Positions 63,402 to 64,000 of a DNA stretch of 64,000 bases are shown piece after piece. The notes under the pieces are model-generated. The model was not told the origin of the DNA. It ran no database searches and worked only from the letters and a program-made list of their open reading frames with translations. The DNA comes from Amphiscolops sp. MND2022. Its lineage: Eukaryota. Within the stretch, counting starts at the first letter, position 1, and the number at the start of each line of letters is the position of its first letter. The DNA lies in NCBI GenBank assembly GCA_964187785.1, contig OZ076409.1:76324001-76388000 (forward strand), in the 5' to 3' direction. A program made the translations under genes and the position numbers.

Positions 63402-64000
63402 GTGCGGGGGGGTAACCCCAACAAAGATATTGGAGGATTCGGGTAGGGTCCTGAATCCGATCTTAGTACCGCCAGCTATCAGTAGAAAATTTCCCTCAAA
63501 AACCGGGATCTCGGGAACTAACCGTAGGATTTGAAAGTTGGAGCGGCCCCCGCCAGATTTTCCCGAATAGATCGCCCCCCACCGGGCTCCATACCCCGGA
63601 AAATTTTTTTTTGGCCACACGGGCGACAGTTAGGGGGTCATTTTAGGGGTAAAATTCATATTGGTCCATATAACTTTTTTCCTGTTGGTTTAAAAGTTTG
63701 GGAACCCTTCTAAAGGTTTTTCGACCATGTTGCAAGGGCTCCGGAGGTGCAAACCAAATTTTTCTATCTTGAAGCTATCTCCAAGTACCCCCCCGCTCAA
63801 ACCGTTATTTTTCCGGAAACGCAGGTTTTTGACCCGGAAGGAGTCGTCTGAGCGCGGGGTAGTTAGGTGATGTTTTGGGGACGGCCTTGAGACAAAGTGG
63901 GGGACAAGTAGTTTGCCAACCTCAATTTACCCCCCGGACGGGAAATGACCGTTATATGAGCGTGAAAAATGCCCCCCTCCACGTTTTAACGCTATTTCCG
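63402..64000 (+). mobile_element. Non-autonomous unit, long class (truncated by the window end)
   Basis: Left end near-identical to 61427. Confidence 0.8.

Larger units (their letters stand above)
1..64000 (+). repeat. Head-to-tail tandem array of heterologous Helitron-like elements
   Basis: 31 junctions CTAG|GTG; the last base of CTAG is at 900, 2169, 3479, 4748, 6016, 7285, 8682, 9949, 24309, 25594, 26878, 28147, 30121, 32919, 34913, 36885, 38171, 39457, 41443, 43416, 45409, 47380, 49351, 50624, 52594, 54569, 55959, 57245, 59238, 61426, 63401. The array runs off both window ends. Confidence 0.9.

Noticed and set aside
24657..63713. Recurrent 60-175 aa ORFs in the later units (MRRVGG..., MRPDINF..., MAWCQLG...)
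   Set aside because: Recurrence reflects repeat identity; stop positions vary and no domain is recognisable.

Overview
Eukaryotic, probably animal, repeat region. The whole 64 kb is one head-to-tail, same-orientation array of Helitron-like elements with no host DNA between them. I located 31 junctions, all reading CTAG|GTG. They delimit 30 complete units plus two partial ones. 29 complete units are non-coding and fall into discrete size classes: 13 of about 1.27-1.31 kb, 2 of about 1.39 kb, 12 of about 1.97-1.99 kb, and two composites. One unit (9950-24309, 14.4 kb) is an apparently intact autonomous element. It encodes an SGNH-hydrolase-like protein, a 2372-aa HUH Rep / Pif1-type helicase with a C-terminal GIY-YIG nuclease domain, and a possible RPA-like protein. 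Neighbouring units differ, near-identical units recur with different neighbours, and units exchange modules. The array therefore looks like a cassette array built by repeated insertion at the junction rather than a simple satellite (inference). Conserved cis signals: a palindromic right-end core that also matches a p53-family response element, a GGG(T/G)AGGG box about 40 bp from the left end, two alternative long hairpins, and a covarying bulged hairpin repeated behind each of the three genes. All assignments come from reading motifs by eye; no searches were run.
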